A model generated the notes under the pieces. The model saw only the letters and a program-made list of their open reading frames with translations, did not search any database and was not told the origin of the DNA. DNA of 64,000 nt from Marsupella aquatica (taxonomy: Eukaryota; Plantae; Marchantiophyta): positions 16,606,357-16,670,356 of the forward strand of contig OZ316892.1 of NCBI GenBank assembly GCA_973895155.1, read 5' to 3'. The position numbers and the translations under genes were made by a program. Below are positions 34,571 through 48,600 of the stretch, piece after piece (position 1 is the stretch's first letter; each line of letters begins with the position of its first letter).

Positions 34571-37258
34571 AAGTAGGCTTAGCGTAACTGAGATTGGATT
34601 AAGATCGACAAAATTGTCATATCAATTGATATATTTTTAACTCACAATTTGGAGCTAAGTTTGAGCTCCAACTTTAATACTAGATTCCCCCAGCTTTCCT
34701 CTATCCCATAGAGAATGTTCAGCCCATTTGGTTGAGTAATAAAAATGATTTTTTTAGAGATCCATGTTGATTTTGGCTGCAACTTAGTTGACCCACATTA
34801 CTGGCCCATATTTAATAATTACTTTCCCAGTTTTTGAGTGACAACTAGCATAGATTTGGCATGCGTTATACTTCTCACACACATTACTATTCTTGCACGC
34901 ACTTCCATTCTCGCACACATGACAATTTTTACACAAGCAACTTTATTGTGCATCAACCCACGTTGCACAACTCTCATCATTGATCAACAAACATCAATGG
35001 TTAAGATTAGCTTGTTATCTTATTTTATTACCCAAAGTACTATCCAAGTTTTTGTTTAAATTTGGCATCAAAGAATGTGTATCATTCTTGCAAATGAACC
35101 CAACATTTTCTTCACGGTTGCCACATGAGTGTCTTGAATGGTCACACGAGTGATACGACACATTGCGCAATCTCCACCATTGATAAGTAAAATCCAACGG
35201 ATAAGAATGAATGGATGACGTGGAATTTTCTCTGAATTTATAAATTTGCAAGAGTCTCTAACTGGACCCGTAAATAGTTAGCCCCCCTAACTGTCAAAAC
35301 AAAGAAAAACCCCAAAACTAACAATTCAAAAAAATGAACAAACAATGGGCAAAACAAGGGTAAAAGAAATAACAGGCTTTGAATGGATTGTGATTGATAT
35401 ATCAGTGTTTTCCAGTACATTTTTTGGATTTTCTTTTTAATTTTGAAATAACAATGGGTAGAAAAAACTCTTCAACTTCTATGGTAACTCCAAGAAACCT
35501 TTGGCTATTATGGCTAGAGGAATACCAGGGAATTTAAGAAACCCTTTGGTTATCATGGGAATACCAAGGAATAGCAAAAAATCCTTTTGCTACTCTAACA
35601 TTTTACATGGACTGTACCCGGGGTCCTCACTTCTTTTCTCCGACCCATCACGCGCGAATAAGTATAGGGTTTTTTTATTGGGTTTAGTGAAATACTTTTA
35701 AATTTTTGTTGAAGAACATTAGAGTTATTTTAATCCAATTTTGAGAATTATAAGAATCATAGGGTTTTTTTAAATCAAATATTCATAAAAAAACTTTCTT
35801 GACTTAACTTTTAGGGTGTTTATTCCCCCAAAACTTCGAGCGTGATATGGGACACCCATTGGATTGAGGCCCCCAAGGGACTGTATAGAATGTTACATGC
35901 ATGGATATAGGAGTACCAAGGGAATGTTTGAACTGTTACCATGAAAAATGTCCTCCTTTTGCCCTCTCATCTCCATGTTCAAACATATTTCAATATGCAC
36001 CTTTTTATTGCTCCAACTTGTTGAATAACATGAAACTTACATAAGCAAGGGGCCCTTGACCTAATTTAGTTTGCTGGTTAGTACAGTTTTAGTCTGAACA
36101 ACGCTATCATTCTTGATATTCATCTCCTAAAGTATATGATTATCATATACTTTAGGCTATATATATTATCCAAGTGGGTAACTGGCCAAAGGGTTTGGGC
36201 AGGAAGATCCTTGATATTTATTTTGTAAGGTATGTAACTATACTAAATAAGGACTTAGTAGCATGGTCAGTAACCTTTGTAAGAGGTACACTAATGTTGC
36301 GGGTATGGGCATTGGCATGATTTCCGAAATGCACATCAAAAGCCAACAATCAGATACTTAAAATAAGACTCAGTGATTTAATCACTTTTTGACAGCAACT
36401 TGAAAAGCCTATTAGAGTTTGCAAGGAAATCCCATGGGATGGGTTCATGAATTTTTCACCCTAACCACTGGCTCTATCCTACTAAGAATAATGAATGTGT
36501 GAGCCCAGAAAGTCCAAATATAAAGTAGTTTTAGAGTGGTTATCTGAGTTATAATATTTATAATTTATAGGGTTTTCTGAATTAATTCCAGGGCAAAAGA
36601 CTGGAAAGCCCTTCTTGTTTGTCAGTCATCATGGCTAAACTCAAAACCTTGTTTAGGGCACTGTTCCATCAGCCTTCAAACCCAGTCACAACAGTTTCCC
36701 TGTGCTCTCCAACAAGCGTGGACACAATCTCATTGCTTCGGGGTAACCCTCGAGTTCAAAATCAGAGTGGAAGGGCTGCAGGGCCTTCCACTTTCCTTTG
36801 GCAGCCCTCAAGCTTACCGATACCTTTGGGAGATGGTATGTTTTATTCCTTTGGGAGATGGTATGTTTTATTGTCAATAGCCGGTTCTGCTCCCCGCCAC
36901 TGTTCAAAGACTACCTTTGAAAATTTTGCAACATTTCAAAAATTGCAATCAACTGGTGAGAAAGTTTTGAGCAAGGAATTTAATTGACTTGAGTTTGAGC
37001 GTCAATGTTCTTGTCTATGGAGAGAGTATTTGGAGGGATTTGTAGGCTAGATTTACTCATGGATTCATCTTTCAAGCCTGCAGGAGATTCAAGAATGAGG
37101 GATGATGAGTTTGGGACTCTCCATCAGCAAATGCACAATATTGGACCCATAGACTGGTCAAAAGCAGTTTGGGAAGCAGCTGATTGATCTGACAACTACT
37201 GATTGATCAACAGACCAATTCAATCCCCAACACCAGTTGGCCTGCCATTTGTTGACCA

Positions 37259-37792
37259 TGTCGTGACATATAGTATCGTAGCCATAGTGTATCAAAAACA
37301 TACAAGTCACCGGCAAGGCATATGTGCAAGCTGCTAGCAACCAACATGCATAGAAAAAGTCCCATCACATTTACAAGTGCCAAGAAAAAGCACATGAGGT
37401 GGTATGTACGTAGTGGAGGTGTAAGCCTCTGTATATAAAAGGCGTAAGAGAAACAAGCGTACTGACTCGAATAAAAAACCGGCGGGATGCCAAGATCGGC
37501 CGGGAGCATCTAACGAATCACTATGTGAATCCCGTGTACGGAACCGACGAGCACTGTCTAAGCTCTGTCAACAGCGATTCAAGAAGAACTGAAAATCGAC
37601 AAAAAGAAACACGCCCTAAGTAAGTCAAGTCAAGGCGTCACACTAACAAGCACATTTTGCTTCAAGAACGGCCCAGACTTGCTACAAGAACATCACACTA
37701 ACTCAAGTAGTACACTAGTCCTAACTACATACTTAGCGGACATGCGAGGGACATGTCGATGTGCAGAAGAGGCACTGTCCCTCGGCATGACA
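37259..37792 (-). mobile_element. Lone A-B unit (534 bp) of the DNMT-Gypsy family
   Basis: TGTCGTGAC..GGCATGACA with 4-bp TSD ACCA (37255-37258, 37793-37796). B part 37259-37434, A part 37435-37792. Confidence 0.92.
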
Positions 37793-39289
37793 ACCAATAC
37801 AACGCATCGAAAATGGCTAGACAAGGCTGAATTGACAAAGTACCGTACCTTTTGACATTATGCTCCAAAAATCTACCATAAGATTTCAACAAAATTGTTT
37901 CACAATTTATGAAATTTATGTGACAGTTGGGCTTTCTCTGCTACCATATCCTCAGCTATGGTAATCTTCAAGTGAAATTGTCTCAACATCAAATCTAAAA
38001 AATGGTGCAAGCAATTCCTTGTTGATTTTAAAGATTGCAATCAAACATGATTCATTTGGCAATCTTCTGTTGACAACAACTATGTGGCTAGCCTATGGGT
38101 GAGATTGTCTCAGAATCAAATCATTCAGACGTTCCATTGAAATTCAAAATACAGCACTCTCTGATTGAATTGTGAAATCAGTGATAGTATGGACTGGATA
38201 TCATCTTAACAAAAATTGGCTTCTGACTGGCTCAGCCTATGCATTGCTCGGGTTATTAATTGGTCAGCTTTCAACGGTGGACCACTAAGAACAGATCACC
38301 CTACTAGGCAAGAAAAAGTGGTCCAAAGACAAAGAGGTCCAATGAGGACGAACACCAAACAAAGACAAAGAAAAGCAAGTGCAAACCTAAAAACTGAAGA
38401 AAATAAAGGGAAGAGCTTCAAACACTGCAAGAGTGCAAACTCAGGGACTGGTGTCCACATTGGAAAATGTGACAAGAACTAATAGGCCACATCAAATGTA
38501 CTAACTAAATCAGCAAGTGGGACAGGGGGCTAGCGTCTGCAGAGGCACCGTGGCTCCCACTATGAGGGATCGATAATAAATGACGCAAGCTTGGGCACGC
38601 TAAAAGGACACTGAGATGCATTCACAAAAATGTGTGGTCAAGATAGTTAGTGGGGGTTCGAAGGGACCCATCCGCCCGTGGAAGCAGCCTATGGAAGAAG
38701 CCCATCAAACTGATGATGAATGTTGAGCATAGACGCCATTCGCAACGGTAAGCATATGACACATCCAACGCGCAAGTAGTCGACACAAGAGATACGTGGT
38801 TCACCTCCTCGAGGCTACGTCCACGAGAACACACAAGAGAGCTTTATTGAACTCTAAGCCTATCGGCCATACCAAGTCTCCATAGTGTAAGCTCTCCTCA
38901 TCTCTCAAGTGGCTCCATAACAATGAGCCTAAGTTCAACTTATCCAAGCAAACATCGTTTGGCATATAGTGTGCATCCTAGTTAACCTAACCACGTCTCC
39001 GACTATGGTTAGCCTAACTACGGTTACATGTCGTAACCCTAGACCTGGAGTAAATACCTAACAATGAAGTCGCCCAAAATCTCAATAGTGAGGGGGAAGA
39101 AGGAATCGGATGAAGAAAGAAGCTAAGGAGAGAAAGCTTTACCTTCAATTACACATTTGTAGATAGACTTAAACCATAATTTAAAGAGTGCAATGATATA
39201 TGTCACAGTGCTGAAAGGCAAAACACCAAACCATCAGACAGGGTCCCAATGACAAATCAACCCAATAAATGGATGAAAGAAGAGGAAGA

Positions 39290-40800
39290 GGCCACAAGTG
39301 GTGGACCTTGCCACCCAGTGCCCTCACCAATCCCAACACTCACGCCTAAGTGCCCCTGGGGCCCGAACGCCTCCTCGGAATACCTCGAGCAAGCACCCTA
39401 GTGCCCCTTGCACCCCCAGCGGCCCCTCCCATACGAAGCCGCCCTTGCTCACCTATAGGACCGCTACTCAACGGTTCTCACTATCTGCACAAGCAACCAA
39501 GCACCTCGGTAAGTAACCCTTCAGGATCTAGAACTCGCCAAGTCTAGCATCCTAACTCAAAATCAACAGACATTGGTAAATAGGTCAGCGATAGGTCCTC
39601 CCGATGCCATTAGCCGGAACCAAAACCCACGCCCACTGTTCGTCCAGAACAGATCCTTCCTTGGGCGCGGCCCGGGTTCCCCCTCGTACCTATCCATCAC
39701 CAACTAACCGCCCTGACCTTAGGACATGCTCATGGCCCAAATAGCGTAGCTTGTCCTAAAGCTTGTCCCAAGCTTGTCCTAACACGTCGGGACCAGAATG
39801 GCCCCGCCCCTAGCAACCAACTCCCAATTTGCCTCACTGACAGTCTAGGGACCAAGCACTCTTGGAACTCAACCTCCACACCTACTTGGCCTTGCCTCCC
39901 CAACGCAAGCTCCCTTGGGAGACTGAACGCGGCTTGGCTGCTGTTCGGCAAGATTTGGCAAGCGGGCGAGTTAACACCTGCAAACCTCGATAACCCATGG
40001 TGCCCCCAGACCCATCAGAGTTCAGGAGGGCATAGCCCTTCTTGAGAGCTTTCCAACGCACCCAAGAAGTCCTCCAACGGACTTCCCGTTGGGAAGATAT
40101 CGCCGTTTCCGTTTGACGGTTTTCTTTAGTGTCGTGACCACCACGACTCACGATTTCGACTCGCCTTTAGCCCCCAAAGAGACACCACTCCCTCATATAT
40201 GCTTCTGGAGACCTGCCACCCCCGGACCAGCTTGGTCCCTAAACATTTGGCCCCCCACCCGGATTCTATCGCGCACAATGGGCGCGCCACCAACTGGCAA
40301 CGCCCATAACTTTCTCGTCAGGCATCCGCAAGTGGAGTGTCTCATCCCGTTGTGATTGGGCTGACCTAGTGCTCATGCCTAGGCCCTCAGGTCTCATCGC
40401 CGCTCGGGGCCCCCGATTGACCCAACCCGGATCGGGCCATAACTCGCGCCCCAAGCGTCCGTTGCCCATGGCGTCAACTCCATGGGCCTTGGGCCCAAGA
40501 GGAGCTCACCCTCAAGCCCTCAGAACCCAAAGTCCATCCGGAGGTCCGGACGGTCGTCCTTGAGCCCGGCCCATTTCCCCTTGACCCGACCAACTCTCAG
40601 CTAGCCCAAGTCCTTAGTGTTTGTCGCCAGCTTGGCTCCTTGCCTTCGCTAGCGCCATGTCTTGTCGCTCACAAGTCTCCCCATGCTAAGTCCTCCCCGG
40701 ATGGCCTATCCGGGCCTGGACCATAAGGGAGCTCGGCGTTGGAGTCAGCGACGCCGGAGCTAAGTGCTAAGGTAGTCGAGTTCCCCGACTCCACAAGAAG
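39290..40800 (-). mobile_element. Possible highly degenerate gag-like retroelement remnant
   Basis: GC-rich island with fragmentary peptides (LRMPDEKVMGVASWW, SWVRWKALKKGY) but no intact motif. Confidence 0.25.
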
Positions 40801-40959
40801 ACCAATGAGGTCAAAACCAGTCAAGGTGCCCCCCCTTCCCCATCAAAAACAAAGGAACAAACAAAAACAATGAACTAGCAAAGAAACCAAGAAGACTAAT
40901 TGCCTACTAGGCCAAAAGTTGAAAAGCCTTGTAGAGTTTAGAGTAAACCGCATGGGAGG

Positions 40960-41430
40960 GTCATGAAGTGGAATTTGTCTAGAGGCCCTTAAACCAACTG
41001 CCTCGCCCCTAAGAAGGAGAGTGAAAGCCTTGGCCCTTTGTAAGACAATAAACACCCTTTGTTAGAAGGGAGTGAGGACAGAAACAGTTGAGAAAGGCCT
41101 TCATTTAATACAAAAAATTGGACAAACTTGAACAAACCAGTCAAAAGTAGGGTGAAGAGCCCTGTAAACCCCAAGAGCAAACGGGTAGAAAAGATCCCCC
41201 TAAGCAAATTGCATATGTTTCCTCCTTGAGGCAAGCTGCCTTGGCTACAACATGTTCAGGCACATGGGTGGCCACTGCAATATGGCTCCTTCCAGTAGGA
41301 TCGGCCACAACCACATTGTCAAGTGCCCAAACACCAGCTCTAGAAAAGACCAAATAAGCCCGCCATTTATCAGTAACATCATCCCTAGGGGAAGCATATG
41401 TTGTTGTTCCATGGCAACATGGTATCTAGA
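40960..41430 (-). mobile_element. Degenerate restriction-like-endonuclease (CRE-type non-LTR retroelement) C-terminal fragment
   Basis: HVAMEQQHMLP..MVFSRAGVWALDNVVVADPTGRS..AKAACLKEETY resembles the RxD..D..K.Y REL endonuclease motif. Frameshifted. Confidence 0.5.
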
Positions 41431-44400
41431 GTCCAGGGCAAGACAACCACGACAACCACCACTGCCCAAATGTCATTAATGATTGGAAAGAAAAAGAGAT
41501 CTAAAGAGACAAATACTAAACACAAAAAGAGGCGAATGTAACCCGGAAAACCAAATAAATATGTAAAGTAGAATAATGTGATCTCCAAGGTAAGAGAAAC
41601 GAGAGAGAGAGAAGAAAGGAATGTGTATTTGTGTGGGAACGAAAGGAGAGCGTAACGAACCGTCGGAGCGGTTTCTGATTCTTAAAATAACAGTTTTACA
41701 GTTATAATGATTCTCTTGGTTGATTTGTTCTTCCCTCTGTGTCGGAGCGGAAAGAGACGGAATCTTGACTTCCTTCTGTCAGAACCCAAAGAAAACGATG
41801 ATGACTGATGAGCTTAGTACTAACGAATTAAACAAAAGTTCGTCTGCATGACGCGGTTGATTGACCGTGGACTTTACCCATTTTCCCACTCGGCCACAAC
41901 CTACAGTAAAGACATTATGTTGGAGTAAGTTGTCCATGGAGAGTCCACGTTGCAGCCTGGCCGTTTGTTACAGTTTTCCTGTTTTGCAGGAGCATTATTT
42001 AATGAACTCGGGACCACACTATATTTAAAAATTTAGGTTTATCTCTTTATTTGAAAGGCAAACCACTGCCCATCTTGCACGCAGATGAAATCCTTATTTT
42101 CTATTTTGTATTATCTATATAGTGCCTAAAGCTATCTTAGCTTATAGCTCATAACAAATGTGATACCCCTGCAATTATTTGGCATGGAAAAGATATTGTA
42201 GGAATTATATATTTTTTATATAATTCTTACAACTATCACAAGTGCTACTGTAGGTGGTTTGGCGTAGAACTCATATTAAAGGAGCTTTTACAGAACTTGG
42301 AGGCTGGTCTTCTTTTCTTCTCTGTATGGGATGTAATCAAAGCCATTTAAATGTGAAAATAGGCCACATGTACACTTTACATAACTAACAAGCCACACCA
42401 CACTTTACACAACTGGGGGCACAATGTGGCCAAACCATTACCTATCCTAGTCACCTGCTGCTGGCCCCCCTTGTGGATACCTTTCTGTGCTGATGTGTCC
42501 ATGTTTTTTATGTAAAAGGTTAGACAAGGGTCACTATGTAACTTTAGCAAAATTATTCTAGCTTAACTGACTTTGACAAAAGCTGATAGTTTGAAACTCA
42601 CTTTGAAACCCCCTTAGTTTGAAACTCTGCTCCGTGACTGCTAGTGACTTCTTTGACTAGTAGTAACAGATCGGGGTTTCAAACTAAGGGGGAGCAACCA
42701 TGGAGGGGATTGATTAATCCTCAGACATGTTGGGACATACTTGGGCCAGAATCTATGTGTGGGCAAAAATTCTGGGAGCCATTCATTTCGTCCAAAGAGG
42801 CCTGGGGTTTCATGTCAACACAAAAATCTCAGAATTAGTGTCACCCTCCCCAGCACAGAAAGGTCTCCTATAATATGTTGGAAACATCTGACAGTTTCAT
42901 AAGGAATAACTACTCACTTCTATGAGCCACGTGTTTAGCATTTAATGGTGTCCTGTAGCTCAATGAACATTGACTGGAAACAGCTAAAACATGATCCCTC
43001 TGCTGGAATGAAAAGCATTCTCAAGTGCCACTAGCTGATTGTGAACCCCAATTTTTTGGGAGGATGTGTGTAAATGAGCAGGTGGAATTGATCTAATTTC
43101 CAAAGTTTCACTAGAAATGTCTGAACCCCAGTTTGGGGGGGATGTGTATTTAAAAAGGCTATGAATTTGAAGCAAGCAAGGTTTGAACCCAGCACCTCTG
43201 TTGCCCGACTCTCATGCTCTACTGCCAGCCTATGGCCTGCCGGATGATGGTGGCGATAGTTTCTGCACATTTATCTTCATCTGCAGGCAGAAAACCTGCA
43301 CCAACCAACTGCCGGCAGCCACCTCTCACAGATCCGGCAGCATTTGATGCAATTCCCATGACTTATAGAACTAAATGAATAATTACTGTATTTGAAAGAT
43401 CTTGCAAATAAATTGTTGTCAACGACAAAGAGTAATAGTACTTGAAATGCATTATTTTATGGTAATCCTAGTTGAAGATAAAGTTCTTCTCTGCACATTT
43501 GCCCAACTTCACTTCCACAATAGCCAGTTACTAACTGGAATTTTTTTATGTTCAAGATAAGTGAGAGTTGCCTGCTAAAACTGTTTTAAGCTTGGTTGTC
43601 TCATTTACAACTGTGGGATTCTGACCAACAAAAGTCTCATAATAATAATTTTGCCTAATAAGTAGTTTATGACTAGCAAATCTTTAATAAGTTGAGTGAG
43701 CAAGTACATTTCCCCCTTTTGGAATGACATTGCAGTACTCCACATAACTACCAACTGTAACAAAATGGGACTGGAAGTAGATGCATGGTAGCTATGGATT
43801 GATATACACAAGCTCGGAGATTCTCTTATTTTGTCTCTCATATATGATTGTTGCAAGGCTAACTTTGCTTGGAATCTCCTGATTGTTGCCAGGTGTACCA
43901 AAATGATTCAATAGAATGGAAGATAAAATCTGTACGCATATCATATCAAGTAACAGGATGCTAGTAATGTGCAAGAAAGGGTCTGCCAAAATACCCTGGC
44001 CTAGTTGTAAGCGAGATGAGATTCTTTCCTTCTGCCCGTAACCACTTGCCACTGCTTACAAGCTTGTATCTGGTTAAACTATTAATCATATCATTTTAGA
44101 TTAATTAAAGGATACTTTGCTGTAGTTAAAGGATTAAATAGGTTGGGATGATTGGTACATATCGGGTACATTCCCTCCACTTCTTTTTGGTACATAAGTT
44201 TGCTGGCTGAGTGAAGTGGATCCTGTTTCCGGGTTGGGCTTTTTGTTTTTCCACAGTGTGATATGTATTACAACCACAAACAAGACAGACTATTCTGTTG
44301 TTGTTTCTTTACGGACCCCCCATGAAAGGTCCCTTGCAAAATTTGGGACTCCACAGCACGCCATGACATGGCGTGCTGCAAACAAGAACAGATTTGTTCC

Positions 44401-45527
44401 CAAATTAAAATAACTCCTCCTTTCGTGTTTGTGACAAATTTTGGGTAAAATTTGGGGCGCCATGCCGTAAAATAGAATGTAATTTTATTTGACATAACCA
44501 TTTTAGTTACCATTTCTTCTTATTGAGTAAAAACATAAGATAAGTGATAAATAGCTGGATATTTGCAACAATTAAAACGGTGCCAAAATTATGGCAACCG
44601 TAACCAACTCTGCATTTGGTAGTAGGCAAGCAAAGTATCGTGAAAGCTGGTTGTTCCTAGAGTCGTGGACTGAAAGACGGAGAGCAGTATCAAACAGTCC
44701 ACACCACACATTGAAGCATTCTACAAGTAGGTCGTGGGAGAAACTGAAAGCAACAACACAATGATAGACATTAAAGGATTTTGAAGTCCACAAATCTCCA
44801 AGAATCCGGAGGCATGAGCACCAGCTATTACTTAGTCCATCAAACCAGCAAAATCAATCAAATCATGAACAGACTGAGCGATGGAGAGAAACAATCCGGA
44901 GTCAATGCTAAGAGAAAATAGGACAAATTTGAGACAAACTGAAAGGGATTCTAGAACAAAAAAAGCAACAAACTGGGTAATTGATCAAATCATAAACATA
45001 GTGTAGAGTTGTGGCTCAATCAAGAAACTGGTTGAGAGATTGATTTTGAGAGGGAGAGAGAGAGAAGAGAGATGCGGTGCAGAGCTCTATCAAGTAGAAT
45101 TCAATCAGAGTGTCTTGGTCTGGTCAGTGGTCGATCTGGTGTCATTAGCGTATCGAGGCAGCCAGTGGAGAAAAGGAGAGGAGACGGAGGTTACATAGAA
45201 TCAATCCTGATGTAGGCTATGCATTGTCCGAATCCGAGTGAGCTGCGCTGTTGTGTGGATGGGTGGAATTTGTGATGGGATTAATTTTCTGGGTTATCTA
45301 ATTAGAGAGCATCGGTGGTCAAAATGTTAAACAAGATATCTTCTAAGCTGCGAACTAATTGGCAGTAGTCAGGGTTCCACTACCTAATTTGCCAACCAAA
45401 GTGGGTTTTAGTATCATTGTGAGATGTTGTAAAAAGGATGTTGTATCTAAGTAATCTCCAAATAATTGGTAGACAGTTTGGACAACCTTGCTCTGGATCA
45501 CGAAACCACAGGAAGGAAAGAATACAA

Positions 45528-45673
45528 TGTACAAGAAGTTAGTAACGGGTAGTGCCTCGTATAACATTGGATGGGGCCCACTACAGGCTGCCACCTGTAC
45601 ATGTACAAGAAGTTAGTAAAGGGTAGTGCCTAGTATAACAGGGGACGGGACCCACTGCAGGCTGCCACCTGTA
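45528..45673. repeat. Two-copy 73-bp direct duplication
   Basis: ATGTACAAGAAGTTAGTAA..CAGGCTGCCACCTGTA at 45528 and 45601. Confidence 0.85.
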
Positions 45674-48600
45674 TAATTACACCTTGTGATGTTGTACTTT
45701 ATTGTATGATGTGCTTGCTGGGTTCTTGCTTTTAGTCGATGACACATCTGGTGAGACCTGTTTGTGGCATGGCATAACCCCCCGCATAACCCTTTATGTA
45801 TATGGTAAACTCCTGTTTACAGAGCATTGTGTGCTATAATGCCCCCCAAAATGAGAGTTTCATAATGTGCCCATAAATCTCTGGTAACAAGATCTTGATA
45901 CACTTGGTCTAATCTGAGAATTTTCTTTTAATTAACTTTTAGTAAAAGTAGAGAACAATCTCCATAAAGAGTTGATCCAAATCTTGACAATGCATTCTTT
46001 GCAATGAATTCCCCAAAGCATACAAAGAGAGAGATTTCGGGCATTGATGAGTTTGCCAACCAGCAGGCTACTTCATTACTATGAGGTGTAGAGCCAGCTG
46101 TACATTGAGCTGCCTTTTTGTGTGCCTTGCTGCGTGGTGATTGAGCATGATGTCAGATGTCCGCTCTAATCCCCATTATGGTGATGAGCTAGCCCTTTAT
46201 CATCAACTACTATAATAAGGAGGGATTTGCTTGATGCGACCCCAATATGAAATGTGGTACTTGTTAGGACTCCTGAGTGATCCACACCATTAATTGAACT
46301 TGAATCAACGGACCCAAAACTTCAGGGTCTCATCAAGCAAATTCCTCTTATAATAAGTGATCCCGGGAAAGTTTCTTCCTCGTCCCTTTCCAAAATTGAG
46401 AAAGGAGGGAACAGGCCACTACTCTTAGATGTATTTCGGTGTTTTTGACATCCTTGGATTGAATGAAAGGGGGTACCCGATGGATATACTTTCTTCTCCA
46501 GTAAACACTGACAAGATACATGTCCTAGGTAAGTATTTTGTAGCATATTGGTACAAGAGCTTTTTTACTTTTTGCTATGGAGGAGACAGGGATTTTCATT
46601 TTTCTTCAGGATAAGTTTGTTTTACCGTCCCAGTGTTTTTATTCTCATTTTAAATCATGTTGGAGGGTTGGAGAGAGGGAGGCAAGGAGGGAGAGTGGAA
46701 GGGGACAAAGGGAGGGCACAAGAAAGGGGAAGAAAGAAAAAAAAGGGACCACAAAAATACTCTCCCTCCATATCGTGCAGGGCGACCACGCCTGATCCTG
46801 AGACATCCTGGTTGCTGTCCCCCGTCTTGTGCCCCCACCCTCCGAATGACAAAATGGCTGCAATGACAATTGTACAACACTTTGGGCATTGGGTTATATA
46901 GCATGTTAATAATATAAATGGTCATGGTCAAGCACTATAATAAGTAATCCCACCCAAATGATAGGTAACTATGATCTTTTTTAGGAAATGAGTTTTGAGC
47001 AGGACTCTATCCTGAGTTTTTTTATGAGTATTGGATTGGCCAAATTTTAGTGGCAGGCGAGCGGGTTTCCACATTGAATTGTCAAAGCGTTGTCAAAAGA
47101 ATGATTGCGTGCACAACTTTGGGTGCACAAGAATGCCTCAGACTTTAACCAAAGTTTTACTACTCAATGTCTGACTCCAAATATGTACAACACAAAAATT
47201 GCACGACTCAATTTTGTTTCAGAATTGAGTGCGGTTGTACTGAAACAGTGTAATAATTCTGTTTATCCTCTCTGTCACAGTCTTTCTAAGTATGATTGTG
47301 TTTCCGCTTTCTTGAGAGTGACTTTGATGCTAGGATTGGTAATGGTAATGTATTATAAGCCTGGGGACCATGAAAGTCAAAGGAGCTGCACAAAAAAAAA
47401 ATACATGCAAAGAAATGAGCAATCAAAAGAAATTTCTCAAAAGAGTATCAATCTAGCCTCTATCAACTAAGGACCTAAAATGTAATCAAAGATGTTCCAA
47501 ATCTTCTCTCTCTTCTCTATCGATCAATTGTTAAGATAAATCTACCAAGTTGCTGAGGGGGTAGACTAAACAATGCATACATATCTTTCACCAAGATCTG
47601 ACATGCCAATCTTACACACATAAAACTTGCAAGCAATGAAAACATGATATTCATTCTGTATACTAGAACTATCACAGAGTTGACGAACCCTACTTTTCTT
47701 CTCAATACCTTTCCATCTCCCTGGTTCTACTTGAAGATGGTGTGAACTGAGTCCATAGCGAGCATCATATGTCTAAGCTATACTCAAATAGTACTAGATA
47801 GATATTATCGTTCTCCATATTTCTCAAAGCTATACTCAAATAGTACTAGATAGGTATTCTTGTTCTCCATAGGATTCACATCCCTCGTGTAGTATTGCAG
47901 CTAGGATCATGCCAGAGTTTGTGCACAACCCTTTGTTCAAGTGTTAATCTAAAATTTGTTGGGTGTGTTGGGCCATTCATGTTCAGGAAATTCTCGAGGA
48001 GACTGATGAGTGTCCCATAGGAAATCAATCCCCGTCCTCCACCCTGTTGAGAGATTTGAAATCTAGAGACCCTACATTTATATAGCTAACATCGAACCTT
48101 GGTAAATTGCAGGAGATCGGATCTTTGTCCTGTAGGAAAATAGTGTAAACGCGACATCCCATGCCTGATTCCCTAAGAATGGATCCGATGATGGGTAAAG
48201 AGGATACGGGTTACGGACAAAAGGTGGGAAAACTGAGGTGCCAACCCAACAAGCAGACTTGAATTCTAGTAAACTCTTTCATCAGAGAAGGGATCGACGA
48301 CCCGAATGCAAACCTCCAATTGCCTGTGGACAAGGGGATGGCCTCAAAAGCTAGTACAACTGAAAGTACCAGAGCAGAGGAATTTGGCCGAAAGAGGAGG
48401 CCTACAAGCTCCAGCCGTTGTACTCACCTGATCAAGAGGATCTCTGCTCGTCTCCTTGCTTACGTTCAATCAGGTTGTATTATGTATTCAGGTCCCAGAA
48501 TGATATCTCTGAATGTAATCTCGTGAATGAAGTCAATTTGTTGCGAGGTGGGGCCAGGCATCGATAGACTCACCAAAGTCCACTGGCGGAGAAGGCAATC

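Noticed and set aside
37259-37792. Ordinary solo LTR
   Set aside because: No full copy has this A-B unit at both ends; all 5' ends carry A only.
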